Source of the DNA: Balanoglossus misakiensis
Taxonomy: Eukaryota > Animalia > Hemichordata
DNA: 64,000 nt
Assembly (NCBI GenBank): GCA_040954595.2
Contig: CM082591.2
Span: 10,371,309-10,435,308 of the forward strand
Direction of reading: 5' to 3'
Positions 37,593-53,257 of this stretch are shown here, piece after piece. The notes under the pieces were generated by a model. That model ran no database searches and was not told where the DNA came from. It was given only the letters and a program-made list of their open reading frames with translations. Made by a program: the position numbers and the translations under genes. Positions within the stretch are counted from its first letter, which is position 1, and every line of letters starts with the position of its first letter.

Positions 37593-40036
37593 GTATGTAC
37601 ACTTTATTTTTTGGGAAATCGTGACGTTTGTGTTCCGATTCTTTCAAAATGCATCATTGACCATAAAACTGTTGACCCCGTCCATTGTAGTCACCAGTGA
37701 TAGTTCTAGTGCGGGAGGTTTTGATTTAAAAATCGCAAACAATTGTTACAATTTTGGACACGATCCGATCCGATACAATGCGGGATATCTGAATCGTATT
37801 TCAGCCATGAAGTCACCTTCGGTCACCTTCATTCCCGGCTTACCGAGAGCAACCTGTAGTAATGGCTGCATTTATCAGGACGATAAGGGTACACAGCAAT
37901 TAGTTCTCTTTGTCAAAGGTTATTGTGGCGCTGTACACAAAAGGTTAATATTCAAACTCCCAAAGTACAAACACTGTCTTGCAGCAGGCCTAATCATCGT
38001 TCACACAATGTTAAAACAATACGATTCTGAACAATGCTATAGGCAATGCTTCTCGCGAAAATTCTCGACTCCAGGTTCATGCAAATATTTGAATAACAGT
38101 CAACGAAACGTGTTGTTATTCTGAAGAATTGAAGACGCAAACCACTAACATTATTTTGGGTTACTTGACCCAGTTCACGCAGACTCAGCCATTATCGGGG
38201 TCACGCATTACGTATTGATGATTAGACCAGACGACAATGCAAAACAATACGAACGAGAACGCCACTGTAATTGACAACGCACTATAGAACATAAAACAGT
38301 ACAAACATATTCACAGACGATAAAATATATTATTAAAATTCCCTAATCTCTACTATGCCTGTAGACACAGGCTTAGACTGATGCGGTTTTAGTAAGTTTT
38401 GTCATTTATTCAGTAATATTTCGACCGAAGCCTCGTAAATTGTCTAGAAATGAGTTTGACGTCAATTCAGATCTACCAGCCTTGGGTGCATCGTTATTCG
38501 AATTTCACCTACATTTGGTTGTTAACTTAGTATTTAATTAAAATGTAATCACAGGCCTTAAAATGCCGAAATCGTTCTGAAAAGGCAAACTATTCTTAAC
38601 ATTGTGTCCGACGCCTTTATTGGCTTTGTGAAATTCACCACAATACGTATACATGTACGCGGCGCCTTTGAGAAACATTGGCCACACCGGGAGAGCCTGT
38701 TGCATTGAGCCACAAGGCCACTGAATATTAATTAAACAATAAATCTTACGTCATATCGGTATTTTTGGACAGCTGCCAAGAATATTGCAACGTCCAGACC
38801 GGTTTAATATGAGTACACGGGGGCTTGAATGATTGCAAATGTATGTGAAGAAAAAGAGACCCCATGTCAAATTTTAACAAATGACTTAAACCTTGGCAAT
38901 TCTAAACAGAGAAATAAACCAAGCATGCAGTATTCACTCATCTATTTGGTGCATTTGAACTTGTCTTTCCACAAACAATTACAGAGATGCACACAAATAG
39001 TCTATTGTTTGCTGTGGCATAGCTGAAATACCCTGGACACAGTACTTGTCCGTTAAAGTGCCCAGCCATGCAGAGAAGCCATGGTCGGCTTTGTCTGCAC
39101 ATGCGCCGGTCTCAACTTGTTGCACTGTCCCATCAATCATTAAGGAAGACCCGAATAAATCTGCCAAAGCTTGAGCACTGGATGCAGATAAAAACGCTGA
39201 GTCGTCCAAATTCACGGAGGTGTAAATCACAAAATATTTTCATTGAGTCCAGTGATAGCACTTATCATGTTTCATTCCTGTGTATAAGAGCTTTGATGTA
39301 TACTGTAAAACGTTTTTTTTCGCGAGCAATACATTTTCGCGAAATACGGGAGAGTAAACAAAAAACGTGAAAATAAAAAGTCGAGTATTTGTTTTCAGAA
39401 ATACCGATGCAGAGATATACGAGAATGCGAAAATTAATCCTCGCGTAACAGTTGCCTATTTTGAAAAATCCTGTCCCGTTTTACAGAATTCCCGGTATTC
39501 CCCACGCATAATGTGGAATGGAATACCTATAATCCCAGTGGGAATTGTCTCATAACCGGTGACGTATTTTTCTAACGAATAATCTTACATTGAAATTTGA
39601 CGGGATGTGTTGCTTACTGTACATTTGTCGTCTGTTGTCGAGTCTGTGATTTAGAATAGTACGTTTATCCGATGATCGAACCAGTATACGACAAACTTGG
39701 CATGTAGCCAAATTTACCACACACCCACGAATCTTTGGTGAAGTACGCTGAGTATAGCACGTAGTGAAAACTTTGCCGACCCAAAACAGAGTACGATTGT
39801 ACTTAAATTGAACATGTTAATGTTTAAAGGTGGCCCTGCAGTTTATCCGATAATTTTGGCTGTTTTTCACACTTTAAGATAAACCAAGCGATTGTTGTTG
39901 TTTTTACAATGTAAATAAGTTCTTGACATTCTTCTCAAGATATTTCTATCCCAACCGAAATTGACTTGGTTCATAATTGAAAAATCTTAAATTTTTAAAG
40001 ATGATTCTAAACATATATATAAACAAAAAAAATATT

Positions 40037-41937
40037 TGTAATAAACTTTAATTCTACATGTAATAAACGTTATCAGCTAGCTGCATATGTAATAAGCGTT
40101 AACCCTATATGTTATAGACTTGAATTTTACATGAAATAAACGTTTTCAGTTAACCCTATATGTAATAAACGTTAACCCTATATGTAATAAACTTTAGTTC
40201 TACATGAAATAACGTTAATTCTACATGAAAAATACGTTATTAGTTAACCCTATATCTAATAAACTTTATTTCTACATGAAATAACATTAATTCTACATGA
40301 AAAAAACGTTATTAGTTAACCCTATATGTAATAAACTTTAACCCTGTATGTAATAAACTTTAACCCAATATGTAACACTAACCCAATATGTAATACCACT
40401 TAAACCAATATGTAACACTAACCCAATATGTAATAACACTTTAACCCAATATGTAATACTAACCCAATATGTAATAACACCTTAACCCAATATGTAATAC
40501 TAACCCAATATGTAATAACACCTTAACCCAATATGTAATACTAACCCAATATGTAATAACACTTTAACCCAATATGTAATAACACTGCCCTAATGTGTTT
40601 GAATATGTAATATTAACCCAATAGAGTTGAAGTAAAACTCAAGTCTTTATAAAAGTAGTGAAATCAAGTTGTGTGCGCATGTGTGACATCAACATATTGT
40701 CTCAGATGGAAGCTTCCAGATATATACAGAGAATACCCAGGACACATAATTGACATGGAAAATTTCCAAATTTTAGACAGAGAATCTGATGTATTAATGA
40801 AGCCATATACATCAGGACACTTCAACCCTCACTTGTACAGATGGGGGCAGGGGGGGGGGTCATCTTTTTTTTAAAAACGTATAGGGGGTTCACGTACTTT
40901 TGCCACAAAACTTGTGCTTTTGAGTCCACAAAATTGCAGTTCCGCACCCTTTATTTTACAAAATTTTCTAATCCCCAGCGTACCCCCGGGGCCTCCCCAC
41001 CTCGGGTGATACGGGACAAATGTGGCGAATTAGCCCGGTGGTTGCAGTCCTCTAGTGGTTGGATCCGTATACTAACAGCCAAAAGTAATAGTTTTGCAAA
41101 ATATAGCATAAAGCTAGAGGTTCAAACAAACAAAATTTACCTTGATTTCGTGTGGATGTAAAGGTTAGGTAAATCTATCACTATGTTAACTTTACCAGGA
41201 CTATCAAGTAATTCGCTGGGTTAAGCGGGAAGTGTTGCCCCCTCTATCACCACCTCTATTGAAAATAGATGAAATAATATTATGGTCTTTTCCCAGAAAG
41301 ACAAATGTACCCCCCCCCCCCCGTAAAAACAAATACAAGCCACCTTTACCATTACATATTGGGTTAAGTGTTATTACATATTGGGTTAATGAAAAACATT
41401 GAGTTTAGTTTTAAAACATGTTTAGTAAGGATTTTAATATTCACATTCTGATATAATTTCATATTGATTCGGTGTATTTCATTTAGCTTAGCATTAAATA
41501 CATTAGGGCAGTGTTATTACATATTGGGTTAAGGTGTTATTACATATTGGGTTAGTGTTACATATTGGGTTAACGTTTATTACATATAGGATTAACGTTT
41601 ATTACATATAGGGTTAACTAATAACGTTTTTTCATGTAGAATTAACGTTATTTCATGTAGAATTAAAGTTTATTACATATAGGGTTAACGTTTATTACAT
41701 ATAGGGTTAACTGAAAACGTTTATTTCATGTAAAATTCAAGTTTATAACATATAGGGTTAACGTTTATTACATATGCAGCTAGCTGATAACGTTTATTAC
41801 ATGTAGAATTAAAGTTTATTACATATTGGGTTAAGTGTTATTACATATTGGGTTAGTATTACATATTGGGTTAAGTGTTATTACATATTGGGTTAGTATT
41901 ACATATTGGGTTAATTATTACATATTGGGGTGATACA
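40037..41937. mobile_element. Foldback minisatellite element, copy B (left terminus deleted)
   Basis: Lacks ~566 bp corresponding to A ~21839-22404, and carries ~239 bp (41260-41498) absent from A. Confidence 0.8.
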
Positions 41938-43505
41938 CTGTCTGGCGTGTTGGCCTGGAAACGTTGATCATAGTTTCTGCCAGCCGAACAGCAACAACAG
42001 GATGCCATTAAAAGTTTCAATTGTATTTTAAAGGTCCCATGTCATGCTTTGGAAAGTTTTCATTTTTCCACGTCAAAAGCTCACCTAGGGTACCTGTCTA
42101 TGCATTGCCTATTGTGTCGGTTCCGAAAAATGTGCGCGAATGCCAGAATTTGCCCCCTTTTTTCATGCCTGTGATCAGGGAGCCACTTCGCACTCGAGCC
42201 AGGCGAAGGTATTTGCATATGGACAAACAAGTACACTACGTCGTAGTGTACCATTCTGTTTACAGTAAAGTGTAATTATCGGTCCATGAGTAATTAAGTC
42301 CACAGACAAAGACAAGCTATATAAACAGTGTTCAAAGCAAAGGAAGCCCTTGCTTCACATTGCAGGCAGAGGATTTACAAAGGTGTGAAAGACTATTCGT
42401 CCACATCAAGATAAGTCTTCGGCTTAACTTCGAAAAGCCGAAAAAAATCGACTGAGTTGGGTTAGGGGTACACGCCCACCCGCCACTTTTACTTGTTTGT
42501 TATCTAAGCACAAGGGGCAAAACGCATTGCAAGATAGTAACATACGTTAACTTCAAGACCCAAATAGTGATTTTACGCGTGGTTGTATAGGGCATGGCAT
42601 GTGACCTTTAAGATCCTAGTTACCAGGATGTCATTATATGCCATGGACTTTAATAAAGTAGAAACCCACAAAACAAAACGTCTGGATTGTATCACTTTTG
42701 AGACAATGTTCTGGGAGCGCTTCGTGAATAGCGTCATGCAAAATGAAATTTGAAAGTGAGATTTTCACGTCTATATATTCATAGAGAAGAGTAACATTTA
42801 CGGGGTTTTAACGCTTTATTATTAATAGTTTGCAGCTAGCTTTACTATAGGCCATTGTTTCAAATAGTATGTTCCAACTGTTCACTGAAAATGAGCACAC
42901 CATAATTGTATATTTAGCAGGGACAAATCACGGTCTAAGGTCTACACGCGATCTCTAAGGAAATAATTAATGAAATATAAAGAAAATTCATGGGAGAGAT
43001 AAAGTAAACTGTCATGGCCAAACCAACGCTAATTTCTTCATTATTGTATTTCGTCATTCATAATTTTTGATGAAAGTTACCTCTGCCTGAATGTCGCATT
43101 GTGTATGGTCTGTGATTTTAGAAATGTGACAACTGCTTACGATTTCCACTATTCATTTTCTTCGCAGCCATTGTTAGTTACATCCCAAAGTTATTTCTAG
43201 CAGTTTTGGCTGACCCAAACCGACTCCATTGTCTTTTGGGATAATTAAAGTCGAGAGTATTGAATATTCGGAAATACTATACGTCTGAAAGTGTTAGTAA
43301 TGTGAACGGATTTGCGCACATAACCAAATTTAATAATATAGGGTCTAGCGCACGATTAACTTTCAAGTTCGATGACTCAAGCTGAAAGAATGAAACTCAT
43401 CATTCAAGTACATGTACTGCTGTTATGCTACGGTAGTTCTCTTTTTGGAGTATGTGGTGGCCCTGAAAAGGGCCGTTTTGTTTGGGTTTGGAAAGGGACG
43501 CTGCT

Positions 43506-43844
<339 letters not shown>

Positions 43845-45153
43845 CTAATGTCCGCTCCACAATTTCACTCCCTGAATATAGCCGGATTACGAACGGGTAA
43901 GCGAACACCGTGAAACATTTACAGCTTGTGGAAATTTGCAAATCAATGCATCTTCACATGAACTACATTTACATTGGGCGATTATAGAATTTGGAGTACA
44001 CAATCAGAACACACTGCCAACAAAAGAAACTACACTTCATATATCATGGGACAAACAAAAAGCGAAAGAGCGTGCCTCCGGCCAAAGACTTCTATTAATA
44101 TACCTGTTTGAACCATTCATAATTCATGTAATGTTTCGTTTATTTTCAAATTAATTCATGCATATTCTGCAGTACACTTTGAAGCCACCGTTCCATTTTC
44201 TGTTTTCTCGCAAAAGAAATAAAAATGGACAATATTATTATGCATTGGCACCCAAGAAAATCATGAACTGTTTTATCACATTGATGTTTTTATTTCGAAC
44301 GGAAAGTTGCGATGTTATATAATTAAATGAACCCGTCTTTCAGAGATTTGTAATTCGAGGCGATATGTACATGTCTTTTAGGAGCTGGGAAAAGTAAAAA
44401 AGTATAACTTTGGCGAGGTAACTCAAATCTTCACTTTACCTCATTTACTGCGGTTCTATAACAGTACACATTGCGTCGAAGCTCATAGGGACAACAAGCT
44501 TCAGTATTTTACTTATATATAGGAAGCGCACGAAATCTGGAAACATATGCCAGGCCGTCGTGATTTTCTAGCTTTATTGAAAAGGGTCTTGTTACGAATA
44601 CCGCGCTTGTTCTACCCACATTTGCCATTGCGCGTGCGCCACATCAATTATACACTTCTGGTAGAGAAGCTTCAGGGGAGAGTGGCCTAAGATCAGACCC
44701 CCTGTCAATCAACAGTAGTTTGCATCTCTCTCAGTCAGTACTTTCTGCCTATGTTAATTTCGGGAATCAAACATAATAATAATAATATTTATTTCTTATA
44801 GAGCCCATTACATTTTTAAAAATCTCAATGCGCTTTACACAACACTAAAATGCATAATAAAATTGCAAAAGACACTAAAAACCTCACAGAGACATTAAAT
44901 TAAAAAAAAACATCTCTAGGAATAAAATGATCTAAAAAGATAAGTTTTAACTGGCTTCTAAAATGTCTACAAGAATTGACGAGCCTTATCTGAGAAGGTA
45001 ACGCGTCCCACAAATTCCACGTACTGAAAACGCTCTATTGCCATATAAAGCTGTGTTGAGGACTGGCTGACGTAAAATGATAGCACCCAAGACTGGGACC
45101 TAAGTGTACGGCCTGTATGACATACTGTAAGCGTTTCTGCTAGATAAAAAATC

Positions 45154-45227
45154 TGGCCAGTACGGGGCTCGAACCCGCGACATTCGCGTTATTAGCACGA
45201 CGCTCTAACCAATTGAGCTAACCGGCC
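45154..45227 (-). tRNA. trnI: tRNA-Ile(AAT), D-loop G15A variant
   Basis: Stems intact; CTCAATTGG instead of CTCAGTTGG; T-run terminator present. Confidence 0.9.
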
Positions 45228-47609
45228 ATGCTTAGAAGCATTAATACACTTGAAATCATTATCTCAAAAAGACATCGCAAGATTCGATTTCCACAATCCT
45301 CCAAAAAGAGAACTAACAACTTTAGTCTATTTTTTTTAAATAATAAATATTTGACTCTGTTTTCGGCCAACAAACTTACAAATTCCCATCACAGCCAATG
45401 CTTGAAAACACGATTTTGAAGAAATTAAATCGCTATTACACAAGTGTATGACATTAACTGATGCATGTATTACGGCAGTCTATATTTTCGTGTACTCTCT
45501 GGCGTGTTGGCATGGAAACACTGGTCATAGTTTCTCCCAGCCGAGCAGCAACAACATGATGCCAATAATGTTTCAGTTGTACATGTATTTTAGGATCCGA
45601 GTCACCAGGATGTCATTGAAGCCATGGACTTTCATATTCCACAAACCCACTAAAGAGAACGTGAGGATGTTTATCACCTTTGAGACAATGTTCTAGTTCC
45701 CCCGCGTGGGGGCGCAGATGGGGTATTGGGGGTGTGGATGGCTAGGTACAATAGACTCCCGTGTTGACTTTCTTCGCAGGCGAGGCACCAAATAAAATCG
45801 CTGATCGACATGATCGCGACACAAGAACTTACTATCAACTACAGCATTTGTCCATTTAAAGGTAAACTGACATGCTGATGATATTTGACATCATCGAAGT
45901 GTGCATTTACTTTTCATGAATGCACCATTGATTCATGAAATGAAGATTCGTGCAGTGGGTGGTCTGAACTACATTAATTTGAAGACTTCTCTCATACAAT
46001 GCGTGAAACCATTAATAATTCTTGATGAATGTATATCATCACTCGGCCTGAATGTTGCCTCATTCCAACAGCGTCTCTTTTTAGTTCTGCTGTCACTTGT
46101 GTTAGCTGAGCTGTAGCAGTAGGTTGATAAGTGTCCGTCCGTCGTCCGTCCGTCCGTCCGGCGTCCGGCGTCTGTCAACTTTTGGTATTTCAATCTTCTT
46201 CTTTAAAACAACTTGGCATATTTAGCTGAAATTTGGTTGGAATGTGTGTTATGGTGCCCTAACTGATTTTGTTAATTTGGATTTGATGGGGTCATGAATA
46301 TGCAAATTAGATCTAAAAATATATTTTTGGTAAACAATCTTCTTCTCCCTAACTACATATACGATAGAGCTGAAATTTGGTAGGAATGTGTGTTATGGTG
46401 CCCCTACCTGATTTTGTTAATTGGAATTTTGATGGGGTCATGAATATGCAAATTAGAACCTTGGTGCTTCCTTTTAATGTTGTTCTTTAGGATTCGATTC
46501 TTTCTTTCTTTAGCACAATGAATCAAGCTGAATTTGGATAAATACTTGTGATGTCTATGTTTGGTTTTGTTCAATAGAATACAATTGTTATGAATTAAAA
46601 CCTAGGGTATTCATATCATTGCCCAGGTTACACTGTTAAAGTCAGCAGAGCTCTTTTGACCGATAGATCACTTGTTATTGAATGTCACATTGTGGATGGT
46701 CTGCTATTTTAAAAAAGCTGATAACTGCTTACGATTTCCACTATTGTCACCCAGCCCAGCCATTGTCATTCAGAAAACACTCTCATAGGTGTTTCAAGAA
46801 GTTTTGACTAACCAATGTTGGCCATCGTACGCTTAAAAAGACGGTACTACCAAATTTCCTAGTACAACATGTTTTACAAATCACCTTAGTAAAACTCCAT
46901 TGTCTTTTGAGGGATAACTATTGTCGAAAGTATTGAGTTTTCGGAATTAATATACACTGTACCTTGGGAAGTGTCAATTATATTAACGGATTCCTTGTCA
47001 TTCAGTAACAGTACTAAAGGTGTGTCAAGAAGTTGTTGTTGGCGAATTCTGAATACATGTACACAGTGTTAACTAATGAATATTTGCTCATGTTGTAAGA
47101 ATAAATCACAGCTTCACGTGATTCATGGAAATATTAAAAATGGCGTAATTCAATGTTAACGTAATCACGAAGTTCGTTCCCTTTCTCTGTTTCATATGAT
47201 GGAATTTCAGTTGCACGTGACAATGTTCATGACAGATTCAGGTAGCACAATCATGAAATTGCAAATGTTTCTACGGCCACGGAATCTGATAGTCATACAT
47301 GTACTAGCTTAAATTGATTGTTGCAATATAATGATGTACGTGCATACAGTCTCCCACACTGCCAATAAGCGCGTCATTGTGGAAAATTCACACATGTCTG
47401 CTAAAGTCACTCACACTCCATGCTCTAACGAAGGGGGTTTGAATCCTAATTAACACTATCAGGAGTGTCACTGAATAACAATGGCTGACAGTCCAGCATG
47501 CGATGGCTTTGAAGGAAAAATGAATTGTAGAAATCGAATCTTGCGATGTCTTTTTGAAATAACCATTTCCAGCGAATTAATTTCAATAAGCAACGGCGCT
47601 CCTAAGCAT

Positions 47610-47683
47610 GGCCGGTTAGCTCAGTTGGTTAGAGCGTCGTGCTAATAACGCGAATGTCGCGGGTTCGAGCCCCATACTGGCCA
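47610..47683 (+). tRNA. trnI: tRNA-Ile(AAT), one T-stem mismatch
   Basis: D and anticodon stems intact; T-stem CCCAT; only T3 downstream. Confidence 0.88.
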
Positions 47684-50600
47684 GATTTACACAGCTTTAT
47701 ATGGCAACAGAGCCTTTCCTGTATGTGGAATTTGTGGAACATGTTACCTTCTCAGATAAGGCTAGTCAATTTTTATATCATGTATATAGAAGGCAGTTAA
47801 AAGTCATCTTTTCAGAACATTTTATTCCTAGACATGTTTTTTTTCAATTTTCTGTCTCTAGATTGTTTTAATGTCGACGTCTTTCGCAATTTTATTATTC
47901 ATTTTAGTGTTGTGTAAAGCGCATTGTGATTATTTTTTAATGTAATGCGCTCTATAAGAAATAAAAAATGTTATTATTATTATGTTTGATTATCGGAATT
48001 AACATACGCAGTAAATACTGACTGAGAGAGATGCAAACTACTCTTGATCGACAGACGGTCTGATCTTAGGCCGCTACCCCTGAAAATTCTTTACCAGAAG
48101 TGTATAATTTATGTGGCGCACGCGCAATGCCAAATGTGGGTAGAACAAGCGCGGTATTCGTAACAAGACCCTTTTCAATAAAGCTAGAAAATCACGACGG
48201 CCTGGCATATGTTTCCAGATTTCGTGCGCTTCCTATATATAAGTAAAATACTGAAGCTTGTTGTCCCTATGAGCTTCGACGCAATGTGTACTGTTATAGA
48301 ACCGCAGTAAATGAGGTAAAGTGAAGATTTGATTTACCTCGCCAAAGGTAGGCTTTATTATATTCCCAGCTCCTAAAAGACATGTACATATCGCCTCGAA
48401 TTACAAATCTCTGAAAGACGGGTTCATTTAATCATATAACATCGCAATTTTTTGTTCGAAATAAAATCATAACTGTGATAAGAACATAACTGTGATAAAA
48501 CATGATTTTCTTGGGTGCCTATGCATAATAATATTGTCCATTTTTATTTTCTTTGCGAGAGCACAGAAAATGAAAGCGGTGGCTTCCTAGTGCACTGAAA
48601 AATATGCATGAATTTATTTGAAAATAAACACTACAGCCCAGGGTGCGCCCTCTTTGTCCGATATTTCCGTCCCTACTTTCATGGCCTCATGAATAATGTA
48701 TGAGGCGATTTGTTACCGGCAATGGAACGTTCGCCAGATACAACAACATGAAAATGCCGGTAAGTATTACAAGACATTAAACGCATTTATAATGTTTACA
48801 TCACGTTATCATATTCTTTAAGGTCTTAAGCTAGTATTGTCATCATTCTCTGCTTTCTATTCATTTAATTTCACTGAAAATCTGACCTGGTTTCAAATCG
48901 CTATCATTGGTTACTATGTAAACAAAGAACATAGCAACCACAACCAAGACAGAAAAATGGCCGAAAAAAATCAAATCTTAATGCATTATTCAAAATTTCA
49001 AAACCATGAGAGTGTTCCTAAGATGTTTGTAACTCAGTGTTTTGATTTTCTATCCCCAAAAACGTTATATGTAGAAATTGATCCAAGCAGAAATTCATCG
49101 AGTTTGGTGCGTTCTGCCTGCGCGTCGCTCTACCATTGATTACAATGGCACAGCTACGCAAACGTCGACCGTCAGGCAAAACATATCGGCAGATTTCTCG
49201 AGTTTGAAGCGTGAACCTAAAAAACCAAAACGAGCAGATTGTTCCATGATATCTATATAACATGTTGATATATCATTTTCGTTCTAAAATGTAAGAGTAA
49301 AAATGTTGAACGAGATAGTTCTTGCGACAGCGCTTTGAATGCCGCGCGCGTATAGCGTTTCTAGGCAAAGCAGGCGCACACAGAAGGAACTGCGTCCACG
49401 CGCAATATACGTAGATTGCAGCTGATTATACTCAATCAATGTTCCGGTACTTGCAACAGTATGCCAGTACTTCGCAAAATACACAGTCTTTTATATCATC
49501 AGGTCTTCTGTAGAGTCATTAAATACTGTCTGTTTGGAACTGTCAGACTGAAACAGCTTTCTAGATGACCTTTTATGTTTTCTACAACTTTTCACATTTA
49601 TTCACATTTAGGAAATGCTCCATTGTGTAACTCCATCCCAGCTGTGCTCTGGATATAACTCAAATCATGCCTAACAGGAAAAGGACAAACCATTTTGACA
49701 TCGGGCAGTATGCAGTCCAACAGAAAAAAGCCAGACAAATAGCTAGAGACATACAACTTCAACAGCTGTTAGATGCTGAGTTATAATTTTCAAATTAATT
49801 CATGCATATTTTTCAGTGCACTAGGAAGCCACCGCTTTCATTTTCTGTGCTCTCGCAAAAAAAATAAAAATGGACAATATTATTATGCATAGGCACCCAA
49901 GAAAATCATGTTTTATCACAGTTATGTTCTTATCACAGTTATGATTTTATTTCGAACAAAAAATTGCGATGTTATATGATTAAATGAACCCGTCTTTCAG
50001 AGATTTGTAATTCGAGGCGATATGTACATGTCTTTTAGGAGCTGGGAATATAATAAAGCCTACCTTTGGCGAGGTAAATCAAATCTTCACTTTACCTCAT
50101 TTACTGCGGTTCTATAACAGTACACATTGCGTCGAAGCTCATAGGGACAACAAGCTTCAGTATTTTACTTATATATAGGAAGCGCACGAAATCTGGAAAC
50201 ATATGCCAGGCCGTCGTGATTTTCTAGCTTTATTGAAAAGGGTCTTGTTACGAATACCGCGCTTGTTCTACCCACATTTGGCATTGCGCGTGCGCCACAT
50301 AAATTATACACTTCTGGTAAAGAAGTTTCAGGGGTAGCGGCCTAAGATCAGACCGTCTGTCGATCAAGAGTAGTTTGCATCTCTCTCAGTCAGTATTTAC
50401 TGCGTATGTTAATTCCGATAATCAAACATAATAATAATAACATTTTTTATTTCTTATAGAGCGCATTACATTAAAAAATAATCACAATGCGCTTTACACA
50501 ACACTAAAATGAATAATTAAATTGCGAAAGACGTCGACATTAAAACAATCTAGAGACAGAAAATTGAAAAAAAACATGTCTAGGAATAAAATGTTCTGAA

Positions 50601-50727
50601 AAGATGACTTTTAACTGCCTTCTATATACATGATATAAAAATTGACTAGCCTTATCTGAGAAGGTAACATGTTCCACAAATTCCACATACAGGAAAGGCT
50701 CTGTTGCCATATAAAGCTGTGTAAATC

Positions 50728-50801
50728 TGGCCAGTATGGGGCTCGAACCCGCGACATTCGCGTTATTAGCATGACGCTCTAACCAACTGAGCTAACCGGC
50801 C
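50728..50801 (-). tRNA. trnI: tRNA-Ile(AAT), probable pseudogene
   Basis: Anticodon-stem (TCATG) and T-stem (CCCAT) mismatches. Confidence 0.85.
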
Positions 50802-53183
50802 ATGCTTAGGAGCGCCGTTGCTTATTGAAATTAATTCGCTGGAAATGGTTATTTCAAAAAGACATCGCAAGATTCGATTTCTACAATTCATTTTTCCTTC
50901 AAAGCCATCGCATGCTGGACTGTCAGCCATTGTTATTCAGTGACACTCCTGATAGTGTTAATTAGGATTCAAACCCCCTTCGTTAGAGCATGGAGTGTGA
51001 GTGACTTTAGCAGACATGTGTGAATTTTCCACAATGACGCGCTTATTGGCAGTGTGGGAGACTGTATGCACGTACATCATTATATTGCAACAATCAATTT
51101 AAGCTAGTACATGTATGACTATCAGATTCCGTGGCCGTAGAAACATTTGCAATTTCATGATTGTGCTACCTGAATCTGTCATGAACATTGTCACGTGCAA
51201 CTGAAATTCCATCATATGAAACAGAGAAAGGGAACGAACTTCGTGATTACGTTAACATTGAATTACGCCATTTTTAATATTTCCATGAATCACGTGAAGC
51301 TGTGATTTATTCTTACAACATGAGCAAATATTCATTAGTTAACACTGTGTACATGTATTCAGAATTCGCCAACAACAACTTCTTGACACACCTTTAGTAC
51401 TGTTACTGAATGACAAGGAATCCGTTAATATAATTGACACTTCCCAAGGTACAGTGTATATTAATTCCGAAAACTCAATACTTTCGACAATAGTTATCCC
51501 TCAAAAGACAATGGAGTTTTACTAAGGTGATTTGTAAAACATGTTGTACTAGGAAATTTGGTAGTACCGTCTTTTTAAGCGTACGATGGCCAACATTGGT
51601 TAGTCAAAACTTCTTGAAACACCTATGAGAGTGTTTTCTGAATGACAATGGCTGGGCTGGGTGACAATAGTGGAAATCGTAAGCAGTTATCAGCTTTTTT
51701 AAAATAGCAGACCATCCACAATGTGACATTCAATAACAAGTGATCTATCGGTCAAAAGAGCTCTGCTGACTTTAACAGTGTAACCTGGGCAATGATATGA
51801 ATACCCTAGGTTTTAATTCATAACAATTGTATTCTATTGAACAAAACCAAACATAGACATCACAAGTATTTATCCAAATTCAGCTTGATTCATTGTGCTA
51901 AAGAAAGAAAGAATCGAATCTTAAAGAACAACATTAAAAGGAAGCACCAAGGTTCTAATTTGCATATTCATGACCCCATCAAAATTCCAATTAACAAAAT
52001 CAGGTAGGGGCACCATAACACACATTCCTACCAAATTTCAGCTCTATCGTATATGTAGTTAGGGAGAAGAAGATTGTTTACCAAAAATATATTTTTAGAT
52101 CTAATTTGCATATTCATGACCCCATCAAATCCAAATTAACAAAATCAGTTAGGGCACCATAACACACATTCCAACCAAATTTCAGCTAAATATGCCAAGT
52201 TGTTTTAAAGAAGAAGATTGAAATACCAAAAGTTGACAGACGCCGGACGCCGGACGGACGGACGGACGACGGACGGACACTTATCAACCTACTGCTACAG
52301 CTCAGCTAACACAAGTGACAGCAGAACTAAAAAGAGACGCTGTTGGAATGAGGCAACATTCAGGCCGAGTGATGATATACATTCATCAAGAATTATTAAT
52401 GGTTTCACGCATTGTATGAGAGAAGTCTTCAAATTAATGTAGTTCAGACCACCCACTGCACGAATCTTCATTTCATGAATCAATGGTGCATTCATGAAAA
52501 GTAAATGCACACTTCGATGATGTCAAATATCATCAGCATGTCAGTTTACCTTTAAATGGACAAATGCTGTAGTTGATAGTAAGTTCTTGTGTCGCGATCA
52601 TGTCGATCAGCGATTTTATTTGGTGCCTCGCCTGCGAAGAAAGTCAACACGGGAGTCTATTGTACCTAGCCATCCACACCCCCAATACCCCATCTGCGCC
52701 CCCACGCGGGGGAACTAGAACATTGTCTCAAAGGTGATAAACATCCTCACGTTCTCTTTAGTGGGTTTGTGGAATATGAAAGTCCATGGCTTCAATGACA
52801 TCCTGGTGACTCGGATCCTAAAATACATGTACAACTGAAACATTATTGGCATCATGTTGTTGCTGCTCGGCTGGGAGAAACTATGACCAGTGTTTCCATG
52901 CCAACACGCCAGAGAGTACACGAAAATATAGACTGCCGTAATACATGCATCAGTTAATGTCATACACTTGTGTAATAGCGATTTAATTTCTTCAAAATCG
53001 TGTTTTCAAGCATTGGCTGTGATGGGAATTTGTAAGTTTGTTGGCCGAAAACAGAGTCAAATATTTATTATTTAAAAAAAATAGACTAAAGTTGTTAGTT
53101 CTCTTTTTGGAGGATTGTGGAAATCGAATCTTGCGATGTCTTTTTGAGATAATGATTTCAAGTGTATTAATGCTTCTAAGCAT

Positions 53184-53257
53184 GGCCGGTTAGCTCAATT
53201 GGTTAGAGCGTCGTGCTAATAACGCGAATGTCGCGGGTTCGAGCCCCGTACTGGCCA
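53184..53257 (+). tRNA. trnI: tRNA-Ile(AAT), D-loop G15A variant
   Basis: Stems intact, followed by GATTTTTT. Confidence 0.9.
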
